64,000 nucleotides of DNA from Podarcis erhardii (GCA_964252035.1 OZ176205.1); one strand, 5' to 3'. Shown: positions 17,901 to 31,513, counted from the stretch's first letter. The notes: generated by a model not told the origin, from the sequence alone. A program made the numbers and translations.

Positions 17901-20900
17901 AAGGACCTTTTACACCATATAGTGCAACTACAGCATAGCCTTCCGGCAGGGGTGGTAATATTTTTTCAGCCTGAGGGTCACATGCCAATAGTGGACAGGA
18001 CAGAGGAAAAAGTGGGCAGAGCAACTAATGTGAATTTGTATACCTTTGTATACCAGGCAGTTTCCTCACACACATCCCTCTGTCTTCCATCCAGGCAAGC
18101 AAGAAGCATGATCAGAGTTCAAGGGACATATTCCAGCTAGGCAAAACACTTAAGGAGAGGCCAGATGAGGGGTATGGCTAAGGAAGAGACTTGAGTACCT
18201 GACAGAGAGGCCTGAGAAACGGCATGTGGCCTCAGGTCTGAGGTTGCCCATCCCTGCTTTCAGTATCTACTTGAATACTTCTCTGACATTTGTGCAAGAA
18301 TGAGATTTATAGATTTGATGCAGCATACTGTTGTGCCTTAAGTTGTCTGCATTGATCTAATGGACTTGGGTGTGTGTATGAAAAGATAGGTAACCAAACC
18401 CAACGCAGCTTTGAATAGAGTATGTTAGGAAGAAACACTGTGTACAGTGGTACCTCGGGTTACATATGCTTCAGGTTACATACGCTTCAGGTTACAGACT
18501 CCGCTAACCCAGAAATAGTGCTTCAGGTTAAGAACTTTGCTTCAGGATGACAACAGTAATCGTGCTCTGGTGGCGCGGCGGCAGCAGGAGGCCCCATTAG
18601 CTAAAGTGGTGCTTCAGGTTAAGAACAGTTTCAGGTTAAGTACGGACCTCCAGAACGAATTAAGTACTTAACCTGAGGTACCACTGTACTAGCTAACACT
18701 GTGTGCTAGTGGCGGTGCACAGTATAATCACCTCATCTGTAGTGAAACCTCTATAGCTGGAAAATGGCGAGTTCTTCCAGGAGATGCTTGTGGTTTATGT
18801 AAAGATACACCCACTAGAAATACAGGTTGCTAAGCAACAGTCACCTTGGCAATATAGACTGGGAGCAGGAGGAAAATGCTGTCTTCTTTCAGTAAAACTT
18901 GTCATCTTCTCGTTGTGCCAAGCATATAATGTTGCTACTTCTGATGAAGCCGGGGGGGGGGGGGATCACTTGTGCACACTTTGCTAGTCTAGCCCCCTCT
19001 CTCCTACCCCTGCAGTTTTGAATAAGCTGAGCCATATTGTCAGAGTTTGCCTTTCTAACCTGCTTGGTCTTTGCAATCCATTTTTGCAGGGTGCTGCTGA
19101 ATATTATGTACCTTATCGTAGAGACTGTCCGTCAGGAATGTGAAGGAGACAAGCCTGAGTGGAAGACCATGAGACAGACCTTTAGAGCAGAACTAGGTAA
19201 GGATTCTGTTGCTGCCCATTTTGTGTTTGTTAAGGCTGTTTTATAAGTCTCTTGATTTGAAGTAGGTATCAGTAAGCCAGTAAGGTGCAATTACTTTGTT
19301 GCAAAAAAAACTGCCTAGCCAGGTGTGGAAAGGTATCTTTTTTCATTTGAGCTAAATGGGCAGGATGTTTAGAACTCAGCTGAATCAGGGACAGTGTATA
19401 CATAGACGAGAAGAAATACAGTGGTTATGGACAATATAACGGCTATTATGTTGGACCTACTAGTGAATTGACGGCAGAGGATGGGGTTGGAATATATACA
19501 GCTGATGGGGTTGGAATATATACAGCTAGAACTGAGGCATCTGCATGTAACAAGGCCATCGCCAATGTATTGCCTTTCAGGGGCACCTCTGTATAACAAT
19601 GAGCCATTTTCCGTGATGCTCTTTGGAATGGTGACCAAATTCTGCAGTGGCCATGCCCCACACTTCCCTATGAAGAAGGTGTTGCTGTTGCTCTGGAAGA
19701 CTGTCCTGGTAAGAGGTTGTTGCCTATGAATAATTGGTCTTTTAACAGATTGCTTCTTTTGCTGTAACTAAAAACTCTGTCCCCTTGGGATATAACCAGG
19801 ATTATACAAAGTGATGTGGTGCTGCTGTTTTAATTTCTTGACTGAGATCAGTTCAGAGACAAGCATCCTTAGCGTTTAAGCTGTAGGATGTGCATAGGTC
19901 CGGAGTCCTTTTTATTATTAAAAGCTCTGTTGTAGCTAACCAATAAATGTAAACCACTACAAGGACGTCTGCTTGTTGTATGATAATATCCTAGGTTGAG
20001 TTTGTCACCACCATTGAAAAATCTTGTGGAAACTTTGCAATACACAGCAGTGGAGTTTTGGGGGTGGGGATATTATACCCACAGGCACAGGACCAGTCTC
20101 TTTTCATGCACTGTGCAGTACACCTACAAGCTATGAACAGTGCTGGGTTGAAGCAGGATCTTAGATAGTGACTTGGGAAAAAAATCCCTTGCTGATCTTT
20201 TCCATCACTGTTGACAAAACAGACACACAGGAGAGCTGCTCTGTAATTTGTTGGGCTTATTCAACTCCTTTCATATATGTCCTGATAATGCCATTTGGTA
20301 CATCCCTGTAGCAGTGCTGCTGGTTTCTTATGCTGGTTGCTAGCTGAGTCTGGGTATCCTCAGGGCTTTTCGATTGCTTGAAAATAGCAGATGGCATCAT
20401 GGATCCAAGCCTGAGCAAATCAAGCTGCCATTGACACATTGGAAGGAAAATCATTATTAATATGAAATGAGGCTTCTGGGTTGTTTTGTTTAAATTAACA
20501 AATTTATAGATATTTTGAAACTCGGAAGAAAGAGATGAATATTTTCTTGCTAACTAAAGTATCTTAGGAAGAGGTTCAGTTTACATGGGAATCCTAGGAC
20601 TGACAAAGAAGCACACTTGCTGGCCTAAATTTGCAAACCAGGCAGTCCATAATTTTATTTAATTATGAAATGTTTATCCCACCACACCAAAATGTTTTAA
20701 TTTTTCATATTTAAATAAACGATTTCTGGATATTGACTAGAAAAGTATCCCAGGTTAGTTAATAAAGGGACTTGCAGTGCACTAATGCATAATCTTTTTT
20801 AAAAGAGCACAGAAATAAAAGAAGTTATTTTAGTTGGTGACAGAATGAAACTCGTACTGCATACATTTGGCTTGCTTTTTCTTTTTCTTTTTGAACTGCT

Positions 20901-23900
20901 GAAATGTATAGTTTAAAGACGGTGGTGCTACAACTAGGATGCTATAATATAATATAATCCATTTGTGGATGATAAGGACATATTTTTCAGCTGTTTAAAA
21001 CTAAATGATCATGAAATCAATAAAGTGCAATGTTGTTGCTAGTTTTCAAAGGACCTACTTCTCTGATCAGTACAGTGTGGTCCAGCTGCCACTCAGCTAA
21101 ACACACCTATTTCAGATAAGCCTACCTGGCTTTTCCAGAGTTCTTGGTGTTCCTCTGGCTGTTTGGTATCTGCCGAGTAAAGAGCATAATAGTACAGATA
21201 CCACAGACAGGTATCATATGCTACTGTTTAACCTAAGGTGGTCTTTCCCTGTCAGTGAGTGGATGAGAATTGCCTGGAAGTCGCATGCAAGCCCCTCTGA
21301 ACTTATTGAAGAAAGAGAAGGATATGTTAAATACAGTGGTACCTTGGTTTGTGAATGTAATCCATTCCAGAAGACCGTTCGAGTTCTGAAACGTTCAAAA
21401 ATCGAAAACTCAATAGCCAACAGCTAGGCCTCAGGATCTTGCACTCAGCAGAAGCCGCATGGCATGTTCGACTTCCAAGGCATGTTGGAAAACCAAAATG
21501 TTCATCAACGGAGATGTTCAAAAGCCGAGATACCACCGTATGTGTGTCTGCTAGGAATGTGGAGCTCTCAGCTTCATGTATGAATGTCTTTAGCTTCATT
21601 TGTTTGAAAGTTAGCTGTGAAAATGTGTCATATGAGCACAAAGACAGGTTTAAAATGCTATGTTTTTTGGTCTCTGCTATGCCTTCCCATATACACAAAT
21701 TGTTCTTTGAAGAATGATGGTCATTCCTATAACTGCAGCAAATCCTCCGTCTTGGTTTACCTTCAACAAATTGGTTTTTGAAGGGTTTATGAGTGACCAA
21801 AGAGATAATGGAAGTGAATGACCTACAATTATCCTCTTGCCGTAGTGCACCCTTGGAGGATTTGAGGAACTCCAGGATATGAAAGCAGAGAAAAGGGAGA
21901 TGTTGGGGCTCCCCCCACTTCCTGAGGATAGTATAAAAGTGATTCGCAACATGAGGGCTGCCTCCCCTCCAGCATCTGCTTCTGATTTGATTGAGCAGCA
22001 GCAAAAACGGGGTCGTCGAGAGCACAAGGTAAGTCAGGGTACAATCTGGGTGGGACGTAATCTTCTTTTGTTTAGGAAGACACTGAACATAAGGAGAAGG
22101 CAGACTATAACATCATTTGCTGTGTGTGTATTCTTCCAGGCTCTTATTAAACAGGATAACTTAGATGCCTTCAATGAGCGAGATCCCTACAAAGCTGATG
22201 ACTCCCGGGAAGAAGAGGAGGAGAATGATGATGACAATAGTCTTGAGGGAGAGACATTCCCTCTTGAAAGAGATGAAGTGATGCCCCCTCCTATCCAGCA
22301 CCCACCGACTGACCGACTGACTTGCCCAAAAGGTTTGCCTTGGGCACCCAAGGTCAGGTGAGCACCTATACAGGATTGTTGTATTTAAAGAAAATCCCAG
22401 AACTGGAAGGCTCTCATCTTCAGCCTCAAACCAGTGCTCACCTACTTGGTTAGTGCGCCTAATAGATTACTGAATGTGGTAACTATAACGAAATACATGC
22501 TCTGGCTTCTCTCATTGACGTTGTGATGATGTTTGGGAGCCTTGATGTCTTTGAGGATGCTTGAGATCAGAAGAGCCACTCTCATTTTTTTGTGTCTAGC
22601 ATAGAAAGGAAATTCATCTCTCCAGGGCTTTGTGGTGAATGAAATATGCAATAATCTTGAGGAGCCCTAAAGTTCTGTCTGAATTTGATTCTCTTCTTTT
22701 TTCTTCAGAGAAAAAGACATTGAGATGTTTCTGGAATCAAGTCGGAGCAAATTCATTGGCTACACCTTGGGAAGGTGAGTTAATGGAGCCCCAAATTTGT
22801 TGCCTTTTGTGCTTAGCTTGTTTGTAGGGGATCTCTTCTTACTATGCAGTTAATGTGTTGGGTAACTGGCAGCACAGACTTTTTCCTGAAAAAAGTAAAG
22901 ACATCAAGCTGTTCAGGTTTTGTTATTTTTTTTTAAGCATTCACATAATTGTTTCTCATCCTGTGTTAAGCCACTACTGTGATACTGTTCGGACACTGAG
23001 TTTCTGCTGCCCATCTTGTCAGCTCCTGAAATCTCAGGAGGTCTGTGAATGCAATCATACATGCATCTCAAAACTATAAATGCAGCTATAATGCAAAACT
23101 ATAAATGCAGCTATAATGCAATCATACATGCATCTCAAAATTATAAATGCAGCTATAATGTTTTTTTAAGCATTAAGGTGTGCCGGTATACACAAACACA
23201 CACGCAATATTGCTATGGACAGATGAAGAATAGGACCAGGAAAAGACTTAGGACACCCACCATGTGTAGAGTTGCTAAATAAATTAGCATATCAAGTGGT
23301 AACAGACATTTTCCAGGCTTTCGGCTGGTACAACTAAAAGCTTAATAGGAATGGTGAAAACCTGCTACACTAAGTCACAAAACCATATTGCAGAGGGTAC
23401 ATATGAACTACAGATTGAATCCAGATAACCAAACTTTTTCCAAGTCTAAGAAATAATAATTCTTTATTATGTATTAGTGCTTCATTTTAATAGGAAAACA
23501 AATCTTAGGTTTTAGATAAATCCAATTAGATCCTCCTATTTATTTCAGGTTCTGTTCCTGATGCATAACTAATTACACAAACTGAACATTCTTAAAAATC
23601 TAGCATGCTTTTATATTTTAAAATTGAGAGGAAGGTTCCTATAATTTCCAAGCATTCCTGTTTTTCAGGTTGCTAGTAGCCTGAGAGAATCATATCTGAA
23701 CTTACTAATGAACAATTTTTATTGGCTCAATAGGAGCAGGAAGCTCTTGCACAAATGAAAGAGATTTTTTTCTTAGACAATTTATCAGGACATGCCTAGC
23801 AGGTATTGTAAGCTGCCCTGTGATCCTCAGATGACGGGTGGTATAGAAATTTAATTAAAAAATAAAATAAAAAGGTGCTGTTTGAAAGTATTACAGAGAG

Positions 23901-26900
23901 AAGAGTGAAATCCCTTAATCAGATTGACTAGCTTTCTGTTCACAATTTTACCAAAATAGCTCATTTGTATCACTTATGATATTTACTGGCTGACTGGTTT
24001 TGCTTTCACCCCCTCTAGTGACACTAACACAGTCGTGGGGCTGCCTAGACCCATTCATGAGAGCATCAAAACTCTTAAGCTGGTGAGTACTCACTGTGTG
24101 GACTTCTTAATTTGCATGTGTAGAAGACATCTCATCTAATTGGTTACTGCTTGTCCAGGCTAAGAAATATATCCTAAGCAGGAAAAGTGCTTGAATTTAT
24201 CGTGCTGCCAAGATGATGAGGTTAACTTTCTCTGCCTGGTCTCTTTATAGCACAAATATACATCTATTGCTGAGATTCAAGTACAAATGGAAGAAGAGTA
24301 TCTGCGTTCTCCCTTGTCAGGGGTAAGTATCAGAGGGCAAATGTTCAAAAGGGGGAAGATGTGGTTTAGAAAGCATGCGCATGAAGAAGTGGAAGGAGAA
24401 AAGTGTGAATCTCTAGTTTGGAACTGGACATTTGGCTGATCTTTGCTATCTGCATATGCTGTGAGTTGGTCAAAGAGTTGATCCCTCCTGATTCCTAACC
24501 TGCAAATCAGATTATTGGCTTTGGGTCATGAGAACTCTGCCCATGAGACACTCTTATTGGAAAGAGAGACTTAGGATCCAACCCTTATGTGGTATGATGC
24601 TGTGCAGCTGCCTCTGGAAGGAGTTCTTTATTAAGGAAAGTTTTGCTGAGTTTCTGGATGAATGCTCTGAATATTCCGACTAACTTAGCATGCACTTGAG
24701 GTTGGAATGAATGATGCTATTATCTCCTTGTGTTAATAAAGGGGGAAGAGGAGGTTGAACAAGTTCCTGCAGAAATCTTGTACCAGGGTCTACTTCCTAG
24801 CCTGCCACAGTACATGGTGAGTTACCGTTTCCTCCTAATGTTCATTCCCAAAGCTTCAGCACACCCTTTTCCCATTTCTTAAACTCTAGACTCGGTTTGC
24901 ATTTCACTGCTGGCTTATGCAAACTCCCATTCTGATATATATCTTCTTTGCTTGCCAGTATGTGACAAGCTATTTCCTTCGATGTTTCATGTTCATCTCT
25001 TCCCGTTATCTGTGTTTTTGAGTTTCCTTCTCCTCTTTCCTGTTCTTTGGCACTTCTGAAAGCCTTCTTTGCTTCACTCAACTTTCACCCACAGATTGCC
25101 TTGCTGAAGATCCTGCTGGCTGCAGCACCCACCTCCAAGGCCAAGACCGATTCCATTAACATCCTAGCAGATGTTTTGCCAGAGGAGATGCCGTGAGTCT
25201 TATTCTTAGAGGGAAAGCATATGGTGAATGAAGGGCAAAGGCAATGAATGGATGTTTACTTGACATTCAGTGGTTGGGCGTTGAATGGGCAGGCTGACAT
25301 TTATTTGTATATTTAGACATTCCTTTCCTGCTGTTCTTTATAAAAAAAATTCAAATGCTTTTCATATGATGGAACATTTGATTGTCTTGAACCTTGCAAA
25401 ATGATGTGTGCAGCCTAGAATTAAGAGATCTGGTAGCAGAGAAAAGAAGTGTTTGGACTGAACCTGGAAAGCTGTTTTAAAATGGGTCTCCTTAGAAATA
25501 GCAGGCCTCTTAAGTATGGAGAGGGATGTTAAGTTAGCAATCTCTTGAGAAGCTTCAAGGCAGCTTAAGTGGTGATGCTCGTGCTTCAATAGAAGACCTT
25601 TTTTTCCTGAATTTGAATGTGTCATTAATACATGCACAGTACATCTCCATGTCTGGAGCAACAGAGATTTCATAAGACTGGTAAATAGGTTCTGCCACAT
25701 AGCATATATGGGTTCAAGGCAGTACTTTTTTCTTTTAAACTTTTGTTCTGCACAGTACACCCTGAAGTGCTTATGTTGGCAAATGGAGCCACACACAGCT
25801 TGTTGAATTCTTCATTTTATTGACATATTAAACAGAGTCAGGAAGGGCTTGGAGAAAAGTATTGAGGAGTTGCCATCTCTTCCTTGATCACTCATATATT
25901 AACTAAAATTAAAGCAACCTTCTTCACTGGCCTATAGAAAAGAGAGACCATAAAGTGCTACTTAAAGGAGAATTGCCCTAAAATATAAATAATAGCATTA
26001 AGCACAGACAGATCTGCCCTACCACAGTCACCATCACAGGCCGTCGAAGCTAATACTGCTGCTTTGCCTTCCAGAACAACTGTGTTGCAGAGTATGAAAC
26101 TAGGCGTTGATGTGAATAGGCACAAAGAAATAATTGTAAAGGCCATTTCTGCTGTTCTGCTTCTACTGCTTAAGCATTTTAAGCTAAACCATGTCTATCA
26201 GGTAAGCATGAAATGGCATGAGCAATCAGCATTGGAATTGGAAGAGAGATTGAAGTGAATCTGGAATTTGCTTGGCTAACCATTCTTATCACATCTGTTT
26301 CCTGCTCCAGTTTGAATACATGGCCCAGCACCTAGTGTTTGCCAACTGCATCCCCCTTATACTGAAATTCTTCAATCAAAACATCATGTCATATATCACT
26401 GCCAAGAACAGGTAGGTGGAATATCTCTAGCACACCTGTATCCCAAAATGCTATGACAGGAAATGTGACACACTATCTTTGCAGTGGGACACCTAGATGG
26501 TATCCGGATGGGATATCTAAGAATAACTAGTTATCCTCCACAATTTTAACTTGCAGAAAGGAAGATGTTTCATCCCACTGATAAACAAAAACCTGCTGAG
26601 AAATCATTCATCTCCACCAACACTACTACTTGTCTGTTAAATGGATAGCTTTAAAATGTGCTTCATGTAGATCCCATGGCCATGAGTATTACTGAACTCA
26701 ACAGACACCATTGCCCTAGTGGACTAAAACATTACTAAGCAGTTGGTTGATCTGCTTATTTTTCTTGGCAGTAGGTAAGTATCTGGGATAGGCAGATATG
26801 GAAAGATGTGCATGCATGAAGCCTCTTGGTCGTTTCCAACTGAATAGCAGCGGGCGGAGATGATGTCACAATCATTTTTCTCATATGTTTGAACCTGGCA

Positions 26901-28727
26901 GGGGCAACCATTTTGGACACAGTATATTTGACTAGATAGGTCATCCATTCTGATCCATTTGGGGTGTTTTGTGTTTTTTAGCATCTCTGTTTTGGATTAC
27001 CCATACTGTGTGGTGCATGAGCTGCCTGAGCTGACTGCAGAGAGTCTGGTGAGCTAAACTACCTGGACAGAAACATATATAGCTGAGGGATGGAGATGGC
27101 ATTGTCAATAAGGGGCAATTTCTCACTTTCCTTACTTGGTAATATTTCCTTTGTTTTGCTTTTTTTCCTATAGGAAGCTGGAGACAACAATCAGTTTTGC
27201 TGGCGAAACCTGTTTTCCTGCATTAATCTACTTAGGATACTGAACAAATTAACAAAGTGGAAGCACTCGAGGACTATGGTGAGTAGAAGGGCCTCCTCTT
27301 CATAGTGCTGTGAAGGCTTTATTGAGCATGTACCATCCTTTTGGCCTTAAGCAAATGGATGGTGACCAAGGCACAGGTGAAGTCTTAGAAAACTGAGAGT
27401 GTTCCTTTGCTTTCTCAGATGTTGGTGGTATTCAAGTCTGCACCCATTCTGAAACGAGCCCTCAAAGTGAAGCAAGCCATGATGCAGCTTTACGTTTTGA
27501 AGCTTCTCAAAGTGCAGACCAAGTATTTGGGGCGACAGTGGAGGAAGAGCAACATGAAGACCATGTCAGCAATCTACCAAAAAGTGCGGCACCGGCTCAA
27601 TGATGACTGGGCTTATGGCAATGGTATGTCCTGGATCTGTCTCTCCTCTTTCCACCCACTCCAAGTCTTTCATAAGCCTTTAACTGCTATGCCAAGCCAG
27701 TTCCCTTAAATCACCCATCTGCCTTCCTGTTAACAGATCCCATCAGAAATTGCTAGGAGCGCATGGTGATGGCTCCACTTATCCTAAACAGAGCAAGCTG
27801 AGGAATGTACTTCCCCACCTCTAAATTGATGTTGCTTGTTAGACAGTGTGGTACAGTAACTATAGTGTTGAACTTGGACCTCATAAATACATGTTCAGAT
27901 CCTTGCTATGAACCATACAGTGTAGTCTTGGACAAGTCACTGGGTCTCAGCCTTAAACCTATTTTCTACAGTGGAACCTCAGTTTTTGAGCATCTTGGAA
28001 GCTGAATGATTTGGAACACAAACACAGAAAACCTGGAAGTGATTGATTCTGTTTTCAAATGCACCTTGGAAGTTGAACTGCTTTCTGCTGCATGTTTTTC
28101 CATTTTTTCAATGGATTTTGCTGACCGCCCATTGATATTCAGTTTTTGAACATTTTGGAAGTCAAACAGTCTTCTGAAATGGATTACGTTCGAAAACCAA
28201 GGTTCCATTGTACTAGAGTGACCATAAAGGACAAGATAGAGTCACTCCATACTTCTTCATAGAAGGTTGGAATAGAAATGTGAGATATTATTGATGTCTG
28301 TGTCTGCTGGGAAGTCCCTTTGCATCTCATCCCTAGAAGTTGTATTTCTTAAAGATCTGCCAAATGGGATGACATAATGCTGGACTGCCTGTATAACATT
28401 GTATGGCATTTTCATTGTGAGGGTATGACTGGAGCTCTTCTGCTCCTTTAGCTGATTGTTTGCTTCATGACTTTTGCAGATCTGGATGCACGTCCTTGGG
28501 ACTTCCAGGCTGAGGAGTGTGCTCTGCGTGCCAGCATAGAGCGTTTCAACTCTCGCCGTTACGACCGGGCACATAACAATCCTGATTTTCTACCTGTGGA
28601 TAACTGTTTGCAGAGTGTTCTGGGCCAGCGCGTAGAACTGCCTGAAGATTTCCAAATGAATTATGACTTGTGGCTGGAAAGGGAAGTTTTTTCTAGACCC
28701 ATCTGTTGGGAAGAATTGCTCCAATGA
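11558..28727 (+). CDS. STRIP1: Striatin-interacting protein 1 (FAM40A, STRIPAK subunit), complete, 21 exons, 829 aa
   Basis: Exons: 11558-11713, 12537-12606, 13723-13797, 14705-14839, 16714-16834, 17676-17744, 19090-19196, 19581-19708, 21846-22028, 22140-22357, 22709-22774, 24019-24082, 24251-24322, 24742-24816, 25095-25192, 26075-26201, 26311-26411, 26982-27048, 27174-27278, 27419-27623, 28480-28727. All introns GT-AG. Total 2490 nt, open from MEPGGG...LIVNNKQ...[16 protein letters not shown] to ...[20 protein letters not shown]. Confidence 0.98.
11567..11590 (+). repeat. (GGC)8 coding trinucleotide repeat; with GGA GGT it gives Gly10
   Basis: Read directly in STRIP1 exon 1. Confidence 0.95.
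13993..14400 (-). mobile_element. L2-like LINE 3' fragment
   Basis: (TTA)n tail at the left end, then degenerate L2-type 3' sequence in antisense. Family recognised from memory; ends approximate. Confidence 0.55.
15440..16370 (-). mobile_element. L2-like LINE 3' fragment, degenerate
   Basis: Colinear with the copy at 43455-44060 (shared cccttccac..aaggagcccagggcagcaa, aaggcttgttg, aagggaattc, tatcctggtcccaagctg). Confidence 0.7.
17947..18256. mobile_element. hAT-type non-autonomous element (MITE)
   Basis: Ends CAGGGGTGG... and ...GCCCATCCCTG; degenerate 8-bp TSD (ccttccgg / ctttcagt). Confidence 0.5.
18445..18686. mobile_element. Tc1/mariner (Tigger/pogo-like) MITE, young
   Basis: TA-flanked; TIRs CAGTGGTACCTCGGGTTA / TAACCTGAGGTACCACTG; internal GCTTCAGGTTA repeats; CpGs retained. 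Confidence 0.92.
19480..19527 (+). repeat. Perfect 24-bp tandem duplication
   Basis: gatggggttggaatatatacagct x2 in STRIP1 intron 7. Confidence 0.95.
21334..21538. mobile_element. Tc1/mariner (Tigger-like) MITE
   Basis: TA-flanked; CAGTGGTACCTTGG ... CCGAGATACCACCG imperfect TIRs. Confidence 0.85.
23048..23160 (+). repeat. Composite minisatellite (42 + 25 + 42 bp units)
   Basis: aatgcaatcatacatgcatctcaaaactataaatgcagctat at 23048-23089, an internally deleted unit at 23090-23114, and a full unit at 23115-23156. Confidence 0.9.
27969..28210. mobile_element. Tc1/mariner (Tigger-like) MITE inserted at the end of a MIR-like SINE relic
   Basis: TA-flanked; TIRs CAGTGGAACCTC / CAAGGTTCCATTG; upstream 27841-27966 resembles a CORE-SINE. 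Confidence 0.85.
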
Positions 28728-30120
28728 CGTTTGAGAAGAGGGAATTGGAGCTAGTACGTGTGCCCAAGGACAAGGCAGCTTCTCTTTGGTCAACCGGGCA
28801 TAGAGAGAAGAGATAAAACTGGTTTTTCATATGGCTTGTAATCTGCAGTTCTTTCCTTCTCCTCCAGGTGGCGGCATGGATTTATACTGCTCTCAAGGTC
28901 CTAGCAAATATGGCTTTCCTACATCTTTTGGGCTGCTTCAATTACTGATTGGTTTAGAAGGTGCTAAATGGATTCAGAGTAGTTCACTTTGAGGCTCAGA
29001 TCAATTGAAAAACGCTGAGCAAAATACCAGTGTCAGCTTTGATTGCTATTCACGTGATCCTTGTTGGGCTTCTGTCCTTTGACATGGCCAGCTGTTCTGT
29101 TCCAAAAGTAGTATGGCAGCTTTTTTCTGCTATGCCCCCACTCTTATCCCAAAAGGACAGAACCCTTTCTCTGTTAGCTGCTAGGATGGAAAACAGTATC
29201 ATGGTGGTGTGAATGAAAGGAGAAAAGCCTAGGTGGTGCATACAGTTGTTCATACTAATAGGAAAAGGAGCTATCTGGAGTCCCATCTAGTGCATGTAGG
29301 AACCTTGTATTATTGAGAGGATCGGGAGCAGGGAATAGGATGTGTTCATAGCAGCTGCTTCCACTCTCATCTGGTGGCCCTTCACAGGGAAGGCAATTTA
29401 ACTGGATCAGGGATGTTACCTTCTTTTGTTCCTGTAGTGGCACCAAACATCTAAACAACTGCTGATCATGTCCCAGTATAATTGAATATTAATATCTATT
29501 TCTTTCCATTGAGCAGTCTTCTGTTTTGAAGGCTTCACCAGGGAAAGAGAAACTCTTGACATTTTCCCATTTCCATCAATGTGCCATTCTTTCTTCTTTC
29601 GTTTGCTTGAAAGCCTCAATTTTTGAATAGCTTTGCTGCACAGATGTGCATGCCAATGTAGTTTGCTTAATTTGACCCCTTGCCAGGGCACCTTGTTTGT
29701 GCCTGCGCTTCCTGGTTAAATGTCGCATAATCCTAGTCTCCTCAGTCTGGATGTTGGTGACCCAGGCAAGTAACTCATCCTACCTTGATGCTCCATCCCA
29801 GTCTAGTTCACATAAACAGAAGATGAAGTGGCAAGCCTGTGTCTAGACTTTCCCACTGCAAGTCACACCCACAGCCATCTGGAATAGTACTGTCAGTCCA
29901 GACAAAGGTTTGCCACTTCCAATTATGTTTTGTAAGAACCTAGTCTCTGGGTTCCTGCAAACCAGGACTGTGAATGTGGTAGAAGTAAAGGCATTTACTT
30001 TAAGTAGATAAGTGGACCTGACAATAAAGTAGGTGCTTTCACTTCCCTAGGAGATGGTATCTGCTCTGAGAAGACTCACAACCAAATCTAGGTGTAGCCT
30101 GTTGTATTTATAAACATTCA
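28728..30120 (+). other. STRIP1: STRIP1 3'UTR (end approximate)
   Basis: Follows the stop; AATAAA at 30023-30028 and TGTATTTATAAA near 30103. Confidence 0.55.
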
Positions 30121-30939
30121 GGAACAGGCAAGTACAGTAGGTCATCACCAGGTGCAATACAGTAGAATGCATTTTCCTATTTGTTTGTTTGTGCTTTGTA
30201 GTCTTGATTATATGCTCAGGCTACAATTCTAACATATTTGGAAGAGAGCCCCATTGAACAGGCCTCCTGAGTAAATATGTTTAGGTCTGGGATGCCATTA
30301 AAATGCTACTGTGGGAGTGGGTGGGACTGCTCCAGCACTCCACATTGAGCCTCGATTACTTGTCCCCAAACACTCCCAGCTGTTTAACTTTCATCACTGA
30401 GGTTACAGAGTGTCTCTCAGGCAGACAGCAGCAGGGACCAAGACACAGTGTCAGCGTAGAATAAGAATCAAGTTTTAGCAAAGCCAATTCATTTGTTTTG
30501 AGCAAATGTCACCAGGCAGACATTTGCTCACTAATTGTAACGTAGCTACAGATGGGGCTCCAAGCTTCTTCAAGGTGTAACATACTGAGACCGTAGGGCT
30601 CCCCCCTCCCCATCTCTGCATTGTTAACAGTGTGATGGTGACATGATCATGCAACAGAAGCACATGGTCGCATAAAAGAATGAACAAGCATTAAAAACAA
30701 CAAAATGCCTATCAACTTACAGTGGCTACTTTTGTGTATGAATCCTGAGATCTGTACGTATCTCCTGGAAAGAAATCCAGACAATTTCTGCTCACTGGAA
30801 ATTAGGGACTTCAATGGGTGAGTACAGCATCTTTCTGGCTTTGCCCTCCTACTCACAGACTTCATAGAGCCTGGTGGCAAAATTAGCACCTGGGTGGATG
30901 TTGCCTCTTGACAGATGCAGCAGATAAATAACTCTTCTT

Positions 30940-31015
30940 CCCTGGGTTCAGTCAACCTGTCTCTTGGCTTACACCTCAGCTATCTCAATTCCTCTATACC
31001 ATAATGGGAGATAGA
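30940..31015 (+). mobile_element. MIR/CORE-SINE relic
   Basis: cctgggttca...ctcaattcctctataccataatgggagata resembles the CORE block ctcagtttcctcatctgtaaaatggggata. Confidence 0.5.
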
Positions 31016-31513
31016 ACTGGAGACATGGGGTGAAGACCTGATTAGCCTTCCTAGGTTGAATTGGGAGTATTTGGGGGAGGCCTGGTTGCATGGTGGTTCC
31101 TTCATATGTACTTGCTCAGCTTATCTGTAAAATTTCTGATACCGGCAAACATCTGGCCATTTTTACCTTCTGGAGCACTACACTATTGGATTTTGTGTTT
31201 AAATTACAGTGAAAATGAAATCCAGCTATTATGGATAAATTATTCTTGAGCACTTGCTGGTCTGTGACACCGCTGATGGGGACAGACTGCAAACTTGAAA
31301 GCTGCCTTCCTCTCCCCCACAAGTGCATTGATGTCTGTGGATGGAGAGGAAGGATACTTGCATTTTCCTTGGTCATTTCAAGCAATCTGGGTTATGTACT
31401 ACAGAAATGAACCAGGAATGTAGGCAGTTAAGATCCCTTCCAGCACAGTCCCCTTGCAGTAGTAGATTTGTTCACTACTTAAAGTTTTAATAGAAGACTC
31501 TAACCAGGTAGAA

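Noticed and set aside
21327-22025. 232-aa antisense ORF
   Set aside because: Shadow of STRIP1 exon 9 plus a MITE; starts at TTG; no homology.
30780-31060. Possible ALX3 last-exon remnant on the minus strand (ATGTCTCCA...CTATGAAGTCT...AGGGCAAAGCC, spacing similar to MSP...YKS...RVKP)
   Set aside because: Matches are short, the intervening 30940-31015 is better explained as a MIR/CORE-SINE relic, and my ALX3 nucleotide reference is from memory. Worth a LASTZ test against turtle ALX3 but not supportable now.
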